From Acidimicrobiia bacterium (GTDB taxonomy: Bacteria > Actinomycetota > Acidimicrobiia > IMCC26256 > PALSA-610), in contig DASUMP010000067.1 of assembly GCA_036277635.1 (NCBI GenBank), forward strand, positions 1 through 57,516: a stretch of 57,516 bases of DNA, given 5' to 3'. A program made the translations under genes and the position numbers. Positions 1 through 8,642 of this stretch are shown here, one piece after another (positions within the stretch are counted from its first letter, which is position 1; each line of letters begins with the position of its first letter). Under the pieces are notes generated by a model that saw only the letters and a program-made list of their open reading frames with translations, was not told the origin of the DNA and searched no databases.

Positions 1-2040
1 CGCGCCGGGCGGGAGCACGACCACGGTGAACGGCTCCTCGACGAGCGCCGGACCGGTGATCGACGCGCCGGGCGCGAGGCGGGTGCCGTCGTAGACGGGC
101 GTGTCGAACCACGCGCCGGTCGGCTCGCCGGGGTGCGGCGCGAAGTACGCCGAGCGACTCCCGGTGCGCGCGCCCGCGGCGTCGCCCACGTCGCCGGTCT
201 CGGCCAAGTGTCCGGGCTTGGGTGTGCGACCCCGCGCGATCACACGCACGCCCCGCAGCAGCGGTTGCTGCGAGCGGAAGCAGAACCCGCGCTCGGTCTC
301 GTGCTGGTCGTGGAACCGCTGCGCGAGATCGAGCAGCCCGCCTTCGTCGAGCTGTTCGCCCTCGGGAACGGGCACGCTCATGTCGAAGTTCTGCCCCGGG
401 TAGCACATCTGCGCGAACAGCGATGTCTCCATGTCGGCGTCGGGGAGTCCCGCGGGCGCGAGCTCTTTCGCCGACTCTTGCGCGAGGTCGGCCATCAACG
501 TGCGCACCCGTCGGAGATCGACCTGCGACAGCGGTGTCACGTACGAGCGCACCAGGTCGACCACGTAGTCGGCGACCAGCACGCCGAGCGCGGAGAACGC
601 GGGCGCGGCCTTCGGCACGAGGATGCGACGGATGCCGAGCTCGAGCGCGATCGGACACGCGTGCACCGCACCGTTGCCGCCGTACGCGATCAACGCGAGG
701 TCGCGCGCGTCGGCGCCGTGACCGGCGAGCACCTTGCGGGTCGCGTTCGCCATGTTCGCGTTCACGATGCGCTGGATGCCCCACGCGGCCTCGTCGACCG
801 TGAGACCCAAAGGCTCGGCGACGTCGCGTGCGATCGCGACACGCGCGGCGTCGACGTCGAGGGTCATGCGCCCGGCCGCGAACCCCGACACCGGGAGGTA
901 GCCGAGCACGGCGTCGGCGTCGGTGACCGTGGGGGCGACACCGCCGCGCCCGTACGACACGGGTCCGGGCTGCGATCCGGCCGACTCCGGACCGACCAGC
1001 AGCGCGCCCTGGCGCACTCGCGCGATCGAGCCGCCGCCCGCGCCGACGCTCTGCACGTCGACCATCGGCAGCCCGATGTAGTAGCGGTAGCGCCAGTTCC
1101 AGTCGGTCTTGATCTCGGGTCGGCCGTGGCGCACGAGGCAGATGTCGAAGCTGGTACCGCCCATGTCGACCGCGACGAAGTCGCCCACGCCACCGGCCTG
1201 CGCGGCGAGCGCGGAACCCATGACGCCGCCGGTCGGCCCCGACGCGAGCAACGTGACCGCGCGCCGGGCGACGTACTCGGGCGGCATGACGCCGCCGGTC
1301 GACTGCATGATGAGCAGCGGCCCTCCGTAGCCAGAGCGGCGCAGCTTCTCCTGGAGACGGCCGACGTAGTGCGCGATCTTCGGCGCGACGTACGCGTTCA
1401 CGAGCGTGGTGGAGACGCGTTCGAATTCGGGCCCGCGCGGCATCACCTCGTGCGAGAGCGACACGTGTTCCACGTCGGGGAACTCCTCGCGGATGATCTC
1501 GAGCGTGCGCCGCTCGTGCGCGGGGTTCACGAACGAGAAGAGGTACATCACCGCGATCGATCGCACGCCCAACGCCTGGAGACGCCGCACGCCGCGCCGC
1601 ACCGCGTCTTCGTCGAGCGGCCGCACGACCTCGCCGTCGAACGCGACGCGTTCGGGGATCGCGATGCGCGCCCGCCGGCGCGCGATCGGGACGGGACCCG
1701 GCGCGTTCGGGTCCCAGATCTCTTCCTTGTGGCACCGGCGCAGCTCGATCTCGTCGCGGTGCCCTTCGGTGACGAGCAGACCGGTCGGCGCGCCGTTCAT
1801 CTCGATCATCGTGTTGTCGGCGGTCGTGGTGCCGTGTACGAGGATCTCGAGCTGCGCGCACAGCTCGGCGAGCCCGAGTCCGAACCGATCAGCGAGCTGC
1901 TCGAGGCCGTGCATCACGCCGGTCGACTGGTCGTCGAGGGTGGTGGGCGTCTTGTCGAGCACGACCTCGCCGCTCGGCGTGACGCAGATGATGTCGGTGA
2001 ACGTGCCGCCGACGTCGACGCCGACGCGGTACCCGCTCAT
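1..2040 (-). CDS. hyuA: Hydantoinase/oxoprolinase A-type subunit (HyuA family), C-terminus cut by window edge
   Basis: Reverse-strand translation from the ATG at 2040 reads MSGYRVGVDVGGTFTDIICV..., and later DMGGTSFD (ASKHA/hydantoinase_A motifs). It is absent from the ORF track because there is no stop inside the window. Its ATG overlaps the hyuB stop (ATGA). Confidence 0.85.
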   Translation of the reverse strand, partial: MSGYRVGVDVGGTFTDIICVTPSGEVVLDKTPTTLDDQSTGVMHGLEQLADRFGLGLAELCAQLEILVHGTTTADNTMIEMNGAPTGLLVTEGHRDEIELRRCHKEEIWDPNAPGPVPIARRRARIAIPERVAFDGEVVRPLDEDAVRRGVRRLQALGVRSIAVMYLFSFVNPAHERRTLEIIREEFPDVEHVSLSHEVMPRGPEFERVSTTLVNAYVAPKIAHYVGRLQEKLRRSGYGGPLLIMQSTGGVMPPEYVARRAVTLLASGPTGGVMGSALAAQAGGVGDFVAVDMGGTSFDICLVRHGRPEIKTDWNWRYRYYIGLPMVDVQSVGAGGGSIARVRQGALLVGPESAGSQPGPVSYGRGGVAPTVTDADAVLGYLPVSGFAAGRMTLDVDAARVAIARDVAEPLGLTVDEAAWGIQRIVNANMANATRKVLAGHGADARDLALIAYGGNGAVHACPIALELGIRRILVPKAAPAFSALGVLVADYVVDLVRSYVTPLSQVDLRRVRTLMADLAQESAKELAPAGLPDADMETSLFAQMCYPGQNFDMSVPVPEGEQLDEGGLLDLAQRFHDQHETERGFCFRSQQPLLRGVRVIARGRTPKPGHLAETGDVGDAAGARTGSRSAYFAPHPGEPTGAWFDTPVYDGTRLAPGASITGPALVEEPFTVVVLPPGA

Positions 2041-3869
2041 CCTTGCGCGCGCTCCTCGCGCCGTCGGCGGCGCAACGCGTCGGTGGCGTCGGCATCGACG
2101 GCGAGCGTCAGGTCGTCGAGCGAGCCGGTGAGCACGACGCCGTAGTCGCGCGCCGCGCCGTCGACGCTCACGTACTCGTCGAGCACGTCGTCGAGCACCG
2201 CCTGCGGGTCGCGCTCGAGCGCGTCGCCCCAACCGCCCCCGCCGCCGTAGTCGTACATGATGCGCTCACCGGCGGCGATCGGCACCCAGTTCGCGGTGTG
2301 CTCCACCCGGAACGGGTCGTCGCTGCCGTAGCGGATGACCATCTCGTTCGGGGAGCCCGGCGCGCCGCCACAGATACCCGGCATCGGGTACTTCATGCCG
2401 ACGACGTACGTGTACACCTTCGCGTCGACGCGCACTTCTTTCTCGTAGTGGCTCCCGCAGATGCCGCGCCACTGGCCCGCGCCGCCCGAGTCGGTGCGGT
2501 AGTCGCGGCTCCACTGGATGTGTGGGTACAGGCTCTCGTTCATCTCCGCGGTCGCCTTCCACAGGTTCCCGAAGGAGGCGTTGAGCGCGCCCCACGCGTC
2601 CATGCCCTTCGACGCGTTGCACCACCCGGCGTACACCTCGGCCGAGTGGTCGGTGAACGACTGACCGGTGCGGGGATCGGTGCCGACGATGATCGTGGGG
2701 ATGCCGGTCTTGTAGGTCTGGGGCACGGCGCGGTCGGGGAGCACGTGCTGGAGCGCGACCGCGATCACCTCGCCGACGTCGGCGCCGGGGTGGTGGGTCC
2801 CCGCGCTCACGGGCTTGCCCGGCTCGGGGTTCAGCACGCATCCGGGCGGCACCACGAGCTGGATCTGCTCGAAGAACCCTTCGTTCTTCGGGATCTCGGG
2901 GTCCATCATCGAGGCGATCTGACCGACCGTGTAGCCGCGGGTGTTGCCGAACGTCGACCACGCTTGGATCTCGGGGCGCGTGTCGCTGCCGGTGAAGTCG
3001 ATCGTGAGCGCGTCGCCGTCGACGGTGATCTTCACATGGAGGTGGATGTCGGGGTTCGCGAGCGGGTCGTGGTCGACGTACGCGTCGGCTTCGTACACGC
3101 CGTCGGGCCACGACGCGACCTCTTCGCGGAAGCGCTTCGCGGCGTAGTCGATCATGTAGTCGACCGACTCCTCGACGATCGATGTGCTGTAACGCTCGAT
3201 GATCTCACCGAGACGGCGGGCGCCGAGCTGCGCGGCGCCGATCTGCGCGCGCAGGTCGCCGATGTAGCTCGGGATGCGGTTGTTCACCTGCAGCGCGTAG
3301 AGGATGTCGCGTCGTTCGGTGCCGCGGTCGAGGACCTTCACGACCGGCCACCGCACGCCTTCGCCCCAGATGTCGGTCGCCGTGACGTTGTAGCCGCCGG
3401 GCACGCCGCCGCCGGTGTCGCCGTGGTGGCACTGGATGCTCGCGATGAGGACCATCCGTCGCGTGCCCGAACCGTCGTCGGCGAAGACCGGGGCGAACAC
3501 GTTGTAGTCGGGGAGGTGGCCGCCGCCGTGGTACGGATCGTTGGCGACGAACACGTCGCCTTCGTGGAACTCGTCGACGCCGAGGAAGTCGAGCGCGAAG
3601 CGCACCGGCAGCGTGGAGGTGAGCATGAACTGCGGGATGCCGACCGACAGCGCGGCGAGCCGGCCGCGCGCGTCGAGGATCGTGGCGTTGCGCTCGTTGC
3701 TCTGGTTCAGGATCGGCGTCGTGGCGGTGCGCGACACGTAGGTGGCCATCTCGAAGCAGATGGTCTCCATCGCGCCCCGCACGACCTCGGCGGTGACCGG
3801 GTCGACGGTGGGGGTCTCGGAGATGCGACCACGACTGCCGGCGAGCCGGACCAGATCGACGTTCGTCAT
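2037..3869 (-). CDS. hyuB: Hydantoinase B/oxoprolinase family subunit (HyuB; N-methylhydantoinase B / acetone-carboxylase-alpha-like)
   Basis: 610 aa. Contains AEVVRGAMETICFEMATYVSRTATTPILNQSNERNATILD and NDPYHGGGHLPD, typical of the Hydantoinase_B family. Translationally coupled to hyuA. Confidence 0.88.
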   Translation of the reverse strand: MTNVDLVRLAGSRGRISETPTVDPVTAEVVRGAMETICFEMATYVSRTATTPILNQSNERNATILDARGRLAALSVGIPQFMLTSTLPVRFALDFLGVDEFHEGDVFVANDPYHGGGHLPDYNVFAPVFADDGSGTRRMVLIASIQCHHGDTGGGVPGGYNVTATDIWGEGVRWPVVKVLDRGTERRDILYALQVNNRIPSYIGDLRAQIGAAQLGARRLGEIIERYSTSIVEESVDYMIDYAAKRFREEVASWPDGVYEADAYVDHDPLANPDIHLHVKITVDGDALTIDFTGSDTRPEIQAWSTFGNTRGYTVGQIASMMDPEIPKNEGFFEQIQLVVPPGCVLNPEPGKPVSAGTHHPGADVGEVIAVALQHVLPDRAVPQTYKTGIPTIIVGTDPRTGQSFTDHSAEVYAGWCNASKGMDAWGALNASFGNLWKATAEMNESLYPHIQWSRDYRTDSGGAGQWRGICGSHYEKEVRVDAKVYTYVVGMKYPMPGICGGAPGSPNEMVIRYGSDDPFRVEHTANWVPIAAGERIMYDYGGGGGWGDALERDPQAVLDDVLDEYVSVDGAARDYGVVLTGSLDDLTLAVDADATDALRRRRREERAQG

Positions 3870-3889
3870 GGCTGTTCCCCCTCGCCGGA

Positions 3890-3909
3890 ACCTGACGCCG
3901 GTGTCAGCG
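3890..3909. promoter_or_regulatory. ACCTGAC-N6-GTCAGGT family palindrome (site 6)
   Basis: ACCTGAC gccggt GTCAGCG, 21 nt upstream of the hyuB ATG (3869, minus strand) and 27 nt downstream of the hydrolase stop. Confidence 0.45.
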
Positions 3910-3935
3910 AGTGTAGATCCGCCCGCCCCGACGGC

Positions 3936-4664
3936 TCAGCCGCGTGCCCACAACCGCTCGAGCGCGGCGGCACTCGCCGCGGGCTCTCGGTACGGCCACC
4001 AGTGTCCGCACTCGAACACCACCAGCTCGGCGTGCAGCCGCTGCGCGAGTCGCTCGCTGAACGCGGTGGTGACATACGTGTCGCCCCGGCCCCACAGCAC
4101 GAGGGCGGGGAACCGCCCACCGACCGCATCGACCGCCGGCTGCCACTCGGCGCCCACGGTCACCGCGGAGCGGTACAGCGACAGGATGCACCGCTTCATC
4201 GTGTCGTCGACGGCGGCCGAGGCCTCCGCCGCCGCTTCGGCGTCGACCTCGGTGGTCAGGAAGGCCGACAACGCCTCGGGGGTCATCGCGTCCATCACGT
4301 GCTCGCCGACGCCGGGCGTCTGCCACAGCTGGGCCATCTCGTGCCAGGTGTACTGCTCGTCGACCGGGCACCCGCCGAGCGCGACGGTGCGCACGAGCTC
4401 GGGGCGCAGCGATGCGACCCGCTGCACGAGGTTGCCGCCCCAGTCGTGACCGACGAGGTCGACGGGGCCGTCGGCGGCGAGGCGCTCGACCTCGGTGGTG
4501 AGCCACGCCGCGTACGCCTCCTTCGTCGCGTCGAAGCCGTCGGGGACCGGCGCGCCGAAGCCAGGTAGGTCGACGGCGACGACGTCGTCGCGACCGAGCT
4601 CGGCGCGGATGCGATTCCACACCCGGTGCGTGTCGGGGACGCCGTGGACGAACAACGCGGTCAT
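3936..4664 (-). CDS. Alpha/beta-fold hydrolase
   Basis: 242 aa. Has an HG oxyanion motif near the N-terminus (LFVHGVPD), a nucleophile-elbow-like GHDWGG, and a C-terminal GHW. Substrate unknown. Confidence 0.75.
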   Translation of the reverse strand: MTALFVHGVPDTHRVWNRIRAELGRDDVVAVDLPGFGAPVPDGFDATKEAYAAWLTTEVERLAADGPVDLVGHDWGGNLVQRVASLRPELVRTVALGGCPVDEQYTWHEMAQLWQTPGVGEHVMDAMTPEALSAFLTTEVDAEAAAEASAAVDDTMKRCILSLYRSAVTVGAEWQPAVDAVGGRFPALVLWGRGDTYVTTAFSERLAQRLHAELVVFECGHWWPYREPAASAAALERLWARG

Positions 4665-4753
4665 CGGGGCGACGCTATCCCGCTAGGGTCGACGGCGTGC
4701 TCGGCTGACACTCGGTCCATACGCCCCGTTCCCGCGTTCCCGGCAGGTGTGCT

Positions 4754-6421
4754 GTGTCAGCTGGTTCCGCGACGCTCGTCGCCCGCGAAGTCTCGAAGTC
4801 GTTCGGTTCACGCGTCGTCCTCGATCGCGTCTCGGTGCGGATCGGCCCGCGCACGCGTCTCGGGATCGTCGCGCCGAACGGCACCGGCAAGAGCACGTTG
4901 CTGCGCCTCCTCGCGGGGATCGACACCCCCGACGCGGGTTCGATCGTGCTCGCCCCGTCGAGCGCCACGGTCGGCTACCTCCCGCAGGAGCCCGACCGCA
5001 GCGCCACCGAGACGGTGCACGACTATCTCGCGCGGCGCACGAGTGTGGCGGCCGCGGAAGCGGCGTTCGCCGCGGCGAGCGACGCGCTGGCGCGCGGAGC
5101 CGACGGCGCCGACGACGCGTACGCGGTCGCGCTCGACCAGTACCTCGCGCTCGGCGCCGCCGACTTCGAGAGCCGGGTCGGGGAGGTGTGCGCAGATCTC
5201 GCGCTCCCCGCCGACGTCGTCGACCTGCCCACCGGCGCGCTGTCGGGAGGACAAGCGGCGCGCGTCTCGTTGGCGGCGATCCTCCTCGCTCGCTTCGACA
5301 TCTTCTTGCTCGACGAGCCGACGAACGATCTCGACTTCGCCGGCCTCGAACGTCTCGAGTGGTTCCTCGACGACCTCCCCGGCGGTGTGGTGATCGTGTC
5401 GCACGACCGCGCGTTCCTCGACCGGACGATCGACGAGGTGCTCGAGCTCGACGAGCACTCGCACCAGGGCGCGCTGTACGCGGGTGGTTGGTCGGCCTAC
5501 GTCGACGAGCGAGCGACCGCGCGTCGACACGCCGAGGAGGCGTACGCGGGCTACCAGGCCGAGCGCGCCACGCTCAGGCAGCGTGCGCAGCGGCAACGGC
5601 AGTGGGCGCAGCAGGGCGTGAAGAAGGTGAAGAAGAGCGGCGAGACCGACAAGTTCATCCGCCACTTCAACACGCAGAGCAGCCAGCACGTCGCCGCGAA
5701 GGCGAAGATCACCGACAAGGCGTTGGAGCGGCTCGAATCCCGCGCGGTGGCCAAGCCGTGGGAGGGCTGGGAGCTGCGCATGACGATCGAGTCGTCGGGG
5801 CGCAGCGGGTCGGTGGTCGGTCGCCTCGTCGGCGCGGTGGTGCGGCGCGGATCGTTCACGCTCGGCCCGATCGATCTCGAGATCTCGGCGGGGGAGCGCG
5901 TCGCGATCCTCGGCGCGAACGGCAGCGGGAAGTCGACGCTGCTCCAGGCGCTTCTCGGGCGCCTCCCGGTCGACGAGGGTGAGGCCCGGCTGGGATCGGG
6001 GATCGTGCTCGGCGAGCTCGGCCAGGCGCGCGCCCGGTTCGACGACGCCCCCGACCTCCTCCAGGGGTTCGTCGCCGCGAGTGGACTCCTCGCGCGCGAC
6101 GCGCGGTCGTTGCTCGCGAAGTTCGGGCTCGGTGTCGAGCACGTGGGTCGACCGGCACGGGTGCTCTCACCCGGCGAACGCACGCGCGCCGAGCTCGCGC
6201 TGCTCGTTGCTCGCGGTGTGAACACGCTGGTGCTCGACGAGCCGACGAACCATCTCGATCTCCCCGCGATCGAACAGCTCGAACAGGCGCTGGAGACGTT
6301 CACCGGCACGGTGCTGCTCGTCACCCACGATCGGGCGTTCCTCGGCGCGGTCGCGACGACGCGCGTGATCGAGCTCGACGACGGCCAGATCGTCGGCGAC
6401 CACGTGACCGATCTCGGCTGA
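4754..6421 (+). CDS. ABC-F family ATPase (two ABC cassettes, no membrane domain); possible ribosome-associated/ARE-like factor
   Basis: 555 aa. Two Walker A motifs (GIVAPNGTGKST, ILGANGSGKST) and two signature/Walker B pairs (LSGGQAARVSLA..LLLDEPTNDLD; LSPGERTRAELA..LVLDEPTNHLD). A basic linker (QRQRQWAQQGVKKVKKSGETDKFIRHF) separates the cassettes. Confidence 0.85.
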   Translation: MSAGSATLVAREVSKSFGSRVVLDRVSVRIGPRTRLGIVAPNGTGKSTLLRLLAGIDTPDAGSIVLAPSSATVGYLPQEPDRSATETVHDYLARRTSVAAAEAAFAAASDALARGADGADDAYAVALDQYLALGAADFESRVGEVCADLALPADVVDLPTGALSGGQAARVSLAAILLARFDIFLLDEPTNDLDFAGLERLEWFLDDLPGGVVIVSHDRAFLDRTIDEVLELDEHSHQGALYAGGWSAYVDERATARRHAEEAYAGYQAERATLRQRAQRQRQWAQQGVKKVKKSGETDKFIRHFNTQSSQHVAAKAKITDKALERLESRAVAKPWEGWELRMTIESSGRSGSVVGRLVGAVVRRGSFTLGPIDLEISAGERVAILGANGSGKSTLLQALLGRLPVDEGEARLGSGIVLGELGQARARFDDAPDLLQGFVAASGLLARDARSLLAKFGLGVEHVGRPARVLSPGERTRAELALLVARGVNTLVLDEPTNHLDLPAIEQLEQALETFTGTVLLVTHDRAFLGAVATTRVIELDDGQIVGDHVTDLG

Positions 6422-6434
6422 TCCCTTGCAGAAC

Positions 6435-7436
6435 TCAGCTCGCGAACAGGATCTCCGCGAGCCGATCGTGGTGCCATCCGGTCGTGCCGAACAGGTACTC
6501 GTCGGCCGTGGCGCGCCGCAGGAACAGGTGGAGGTCGTGCTCCCACGTGTAGCCGATCCCCCCGTGGATCTGCGCGCCGTCCTTCACCATGCGCCGCGCC
6601 GCCGCGCCGGCGGCGGCTTTCGCGACGTGGGCGGCGCGCCGCCGGTCGGGGTCGTCGGCGTCGACGGTCATCGCCGCGTACTGGACGGCGGCGGTGGCGC
6701 GTTCGAGGACCAGTGCCATCTCCGCGAGCTTGTGCTGGATCGCCTGGAACGAACCGATCGGGACGCCGAACTGGTGGCGATCTTTCGCGTAGGCGAGCGC
6801 CATGTCGAAGATGCGCCGCGCGGTGCCGACCATCTCCGCCGCGAGGGCGACGGTCGCGCGGTCGCGCCACCCGTCGAGATCGCGCGGCGCGAGCGGCGAC
6901 GACAGTCCGTCGCGATCGGGCACGGTGACCTCGGCGACGCGTCGGCTCGCGTCGACGGTCGGCACGACCCGCACGTCGAGGTCGGCGCGAGCGATGACCC
7001 GGACGGTGGGTCCTGGATCGACGACGGCGACGTGCTCGACGATGTCGGCGTCGACCACGAACGACTTCACGGGCGCGTCGTGCGGCTCGATCCGCCCCGT
7101 CGCGTCGGCGATCGCGACCGTGCCGCTCGCACCCGCCTCGACGACGTCGGCGAGGAGCGGGTGACCGCACGCCGCCAGCAACGAACCGAACAGCGCGACC
7201 GTCGGGAAGAACGGCCCCGGCGCCGCGACGTAGCCGGTCTCGAACAGCACGAGCGCGAGATCGGTCGCGGGTCCGGTGGCGAGACCGGTGAAGTCGCGCA
7301 GGTGGGTCCACAACCCGGCGCTCGCCGCGCGGTCGTCGAGGTGCGCGCGCAGCAGCGCGGGCGGACACTCGTTCGCGAGCAGCTGGCGCGCGGTGTCGCG
7401 CAACAGGTCTTGCTCGTGCGTGGTGGTGAAGTCCAT
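6435..7436 (-). CDS. Acyl-CoA dehydrogenase family protein, beta-like (non-FAD) subunit of an alpha/beta ACAD pair
   Basis: Internal start MDFTTTHEQDLLRDTARQLL within track ORF 6435..8504. Contains YAKDRHQFGVPIGSFQAIQHKLAEM and IHGGIGYTWEHDLHLFLRR. Lacks the C-terminal GGTSEIQRN motif. Its ATG shares one nt with the stop of the upstream ACAD. Confidence 0.8.
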   Translation of the reverse strand: MDFTTTHEQDLLRDTARQLLANECPPALLRAHLDDRAASAGLWTHLRDFTGLATGPATDLALVLFETGYVAAPGPFFPTVALFGSLLAACGHPLLADVVEAGASGTVAIADATGRIEPHDAPVKSFVVDADIVEHVAVVDPGPTVRVIARADLDVRVVPTVDASRRVAEVTVPDRDGLSSPLAPRDLDGWRDRATVALAAEMVGTARRIFDMALAYAKDRHQFGVPIGSFQAIQHKLAEMALVLERATAAVQYAAMTVDADDPDRRRAAHVAKAAAGAAARRMVKDGAQIHGGIGYTWEHDLHLFLRRATADEYLFGTTGWHHDRLAEILFAS

Positions 7437-8614
7437 CAGGCGCGGGGGAGTCCGAGGACGCGCTGGGCGATGATGTTGCGTTGGATCTCTGACGTGCCGC
7501 CCGCGATCGTGTTCGCGAAGCTCACCATGAAGCTCGTGACCCAGCGGCCCGCCTCGGCACCGCGTTCGGGATCGACCACCGCACCGGACGCGCCGAGGAT
7601 CTCCATCCCGAGCTCGAACGCAGCCTTGCCCGCTTCCGAGGTGGCCATCTTCATGAACGAGTGCTCGGGCGCGGCGGCGCCCTGGGCGTACGAGGAGAAG
7701 CCCTTGTAGCCGAGCGCGCGCAGGCTCGCCGCGAGCTCGTACGTCTCGGCGATGCGGCGGCGCACGATCGGGTCGTCGGCGCGCCCGACCGCACGCGCGA
7801 GCGCCACGAGCGAGGTGACGGTCTGCTCCATGCGGGCGACGCCTTCGACCCAGAGTCCGGCGCGCTCGTGGGCGAGGGAGCCCTGCGTGATCGCCCACCC
7901 GCCGTGCAGCTCGCCGACGAGGCGGTCGCGGGGCACGACGACGTCGGTGAAGAACACCTCGGCGAAGCTCGCGTGTCCGGTGATGTGCCGCAACGGGCGC
8001 ACGTCGATGCCGGGCGAGTCCATGTCGATGACGAGCACGCTGATCCCGCGGTGCTTCGGTGCGGCCGGGTCCGTGCGCACGTAGCAGAAGCACCGCTGCG
8101 CGATCGTGGCGTAGCTCGTCCACACCTTCTGGCCGGTGACGACGAAGTGGTCGTCGTGCACCTCGGCGCGCGTCTGCAGCCCTGCGAGATCCGACCCGGC
8201 GTCGGGCTCGCTCATCCCGATGCACCAGATGTCGTCGCCGCGCACCGCCGCGGGCGCGAGCGCGCGCTGGGCGGGCGTACCGAAGTCGAGCAGGCTCGGC
8301 GCGACGATCGCGTAGCCGGGGAAGTGCCCGGAGCGGGGCATGCGCCGAGCCGCCATCTCTTCGAGGTAGACGAGCGTCTGCACCGGCGTGGCGTCGCGCC
8401 CGCCGAGCTCGGGTGGGTAGCCCGGGATCATCCACCCGTGATCGAACAGCGTGGCCTGCCACTGGCGCAACCATCCGGGCACGATCTCGTCGTCGGTCGA
8501 CCACTCACCTTGGAAGTCGCTCCCGGCGCGCGCCTGGGGAGGTGCGTGCTCGTCGAGGAACGCGCGCAGCTCGGCGCGGAACGCTTCCTCGGCGGGCCCC
8601 CAGGCGAGCTCCAT
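7436..8614 (-). CDS. Acyl-CoA dehydrogenase, alpha-like (FAD-binding) subunit
   Basis: Contains CIGMSEPDAGSDLAGLQTRA, VTGQKVWTSYA and a C-terminal IAGGTSEIQRNIIAQRVLGLPRA. Start placed at MELAWGPAEE (8614) rather than the track start 8644, because a TAGGTT -10-like box lies 7 nt upstream of 8614. Confidence 0.8.
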   Translation of the reverse strand: MELAWGPAEEAFRAELRAFLDEHAPPQARAGSDFQGEWSTDDEIVPGWLRQWQATLFDHGWMIPGYPPELGGRDATPVQTLVYLEEMAARRMPRSGHFPGYAIVAPSLLDFGTPAQRALAPAAVRGDDIWCIGMSEPDAGSDLAGLQTRAEVHDDHFVVTGQKVWTSYATIAQRCFCYVRTDPAAPKHRGISVLVIDMDSPGIDVRPLRHITGHASFAEVFFTDVVVPRDRLVGELHGGWAITQGSLAHERAGLWVEGVARMEQTVTSLVALARAVGRADDPIVRRRIAETYELAASLRALGYKGFSSYAQGAAAPEHSFMKMATSEAGKAAFELGMEILGASGAVVDPERGAEAGRWVTSFMVSFANTIAGGTSEIQRNIIAQRVLGLPRA

Positions 8615-8621
8615 GCGAGCG

Positions 8622-8636
8622 AACCTACCGTAGGCT
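8622..8636. promoter_or_regulatory. Back-to-back -10-like boxes for divergent leaderless genes
   Basis: AACCTAccgTAGGCT. TAGGCT (+) lies 6 nt before the ATG at 8643, and TAGGTT (-) lies 7 nt before the ATG at 8614. The whole intergenic region is 28 bp. Confidence 0.45.
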
Positions 8637-8642
8637 GCGCGC

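Noticed and set aside
133-2145. 670-aa plus-strand ORF (and nested ORFs at 222..803 and 1406..2131)
   Set aside because: It lies antisense to a clearly recognisable HyuA coding frame. The translation is Arg/Ala/Gly/His-rich and low in complexity, with no motifs. This is a typical long shadow ORF in very GC-rich DNA.
2043-4568. 841-aa plus-strand ORF
   Set aside because: It lies antisense to hyuB and the alpha/beta hydrolase, both of which have strong family motifs. The composition is dominated by R, A, G, V and D. It is a shadow ORF.
5551-7368. 605-aa minus-strand ORF overlapping the ABC-F and ACAD genes
   Set aside because: It is extremely Arg/Pro/Ser-rich, spans two well-supported genes on different strands, and carries no recognisable domain.
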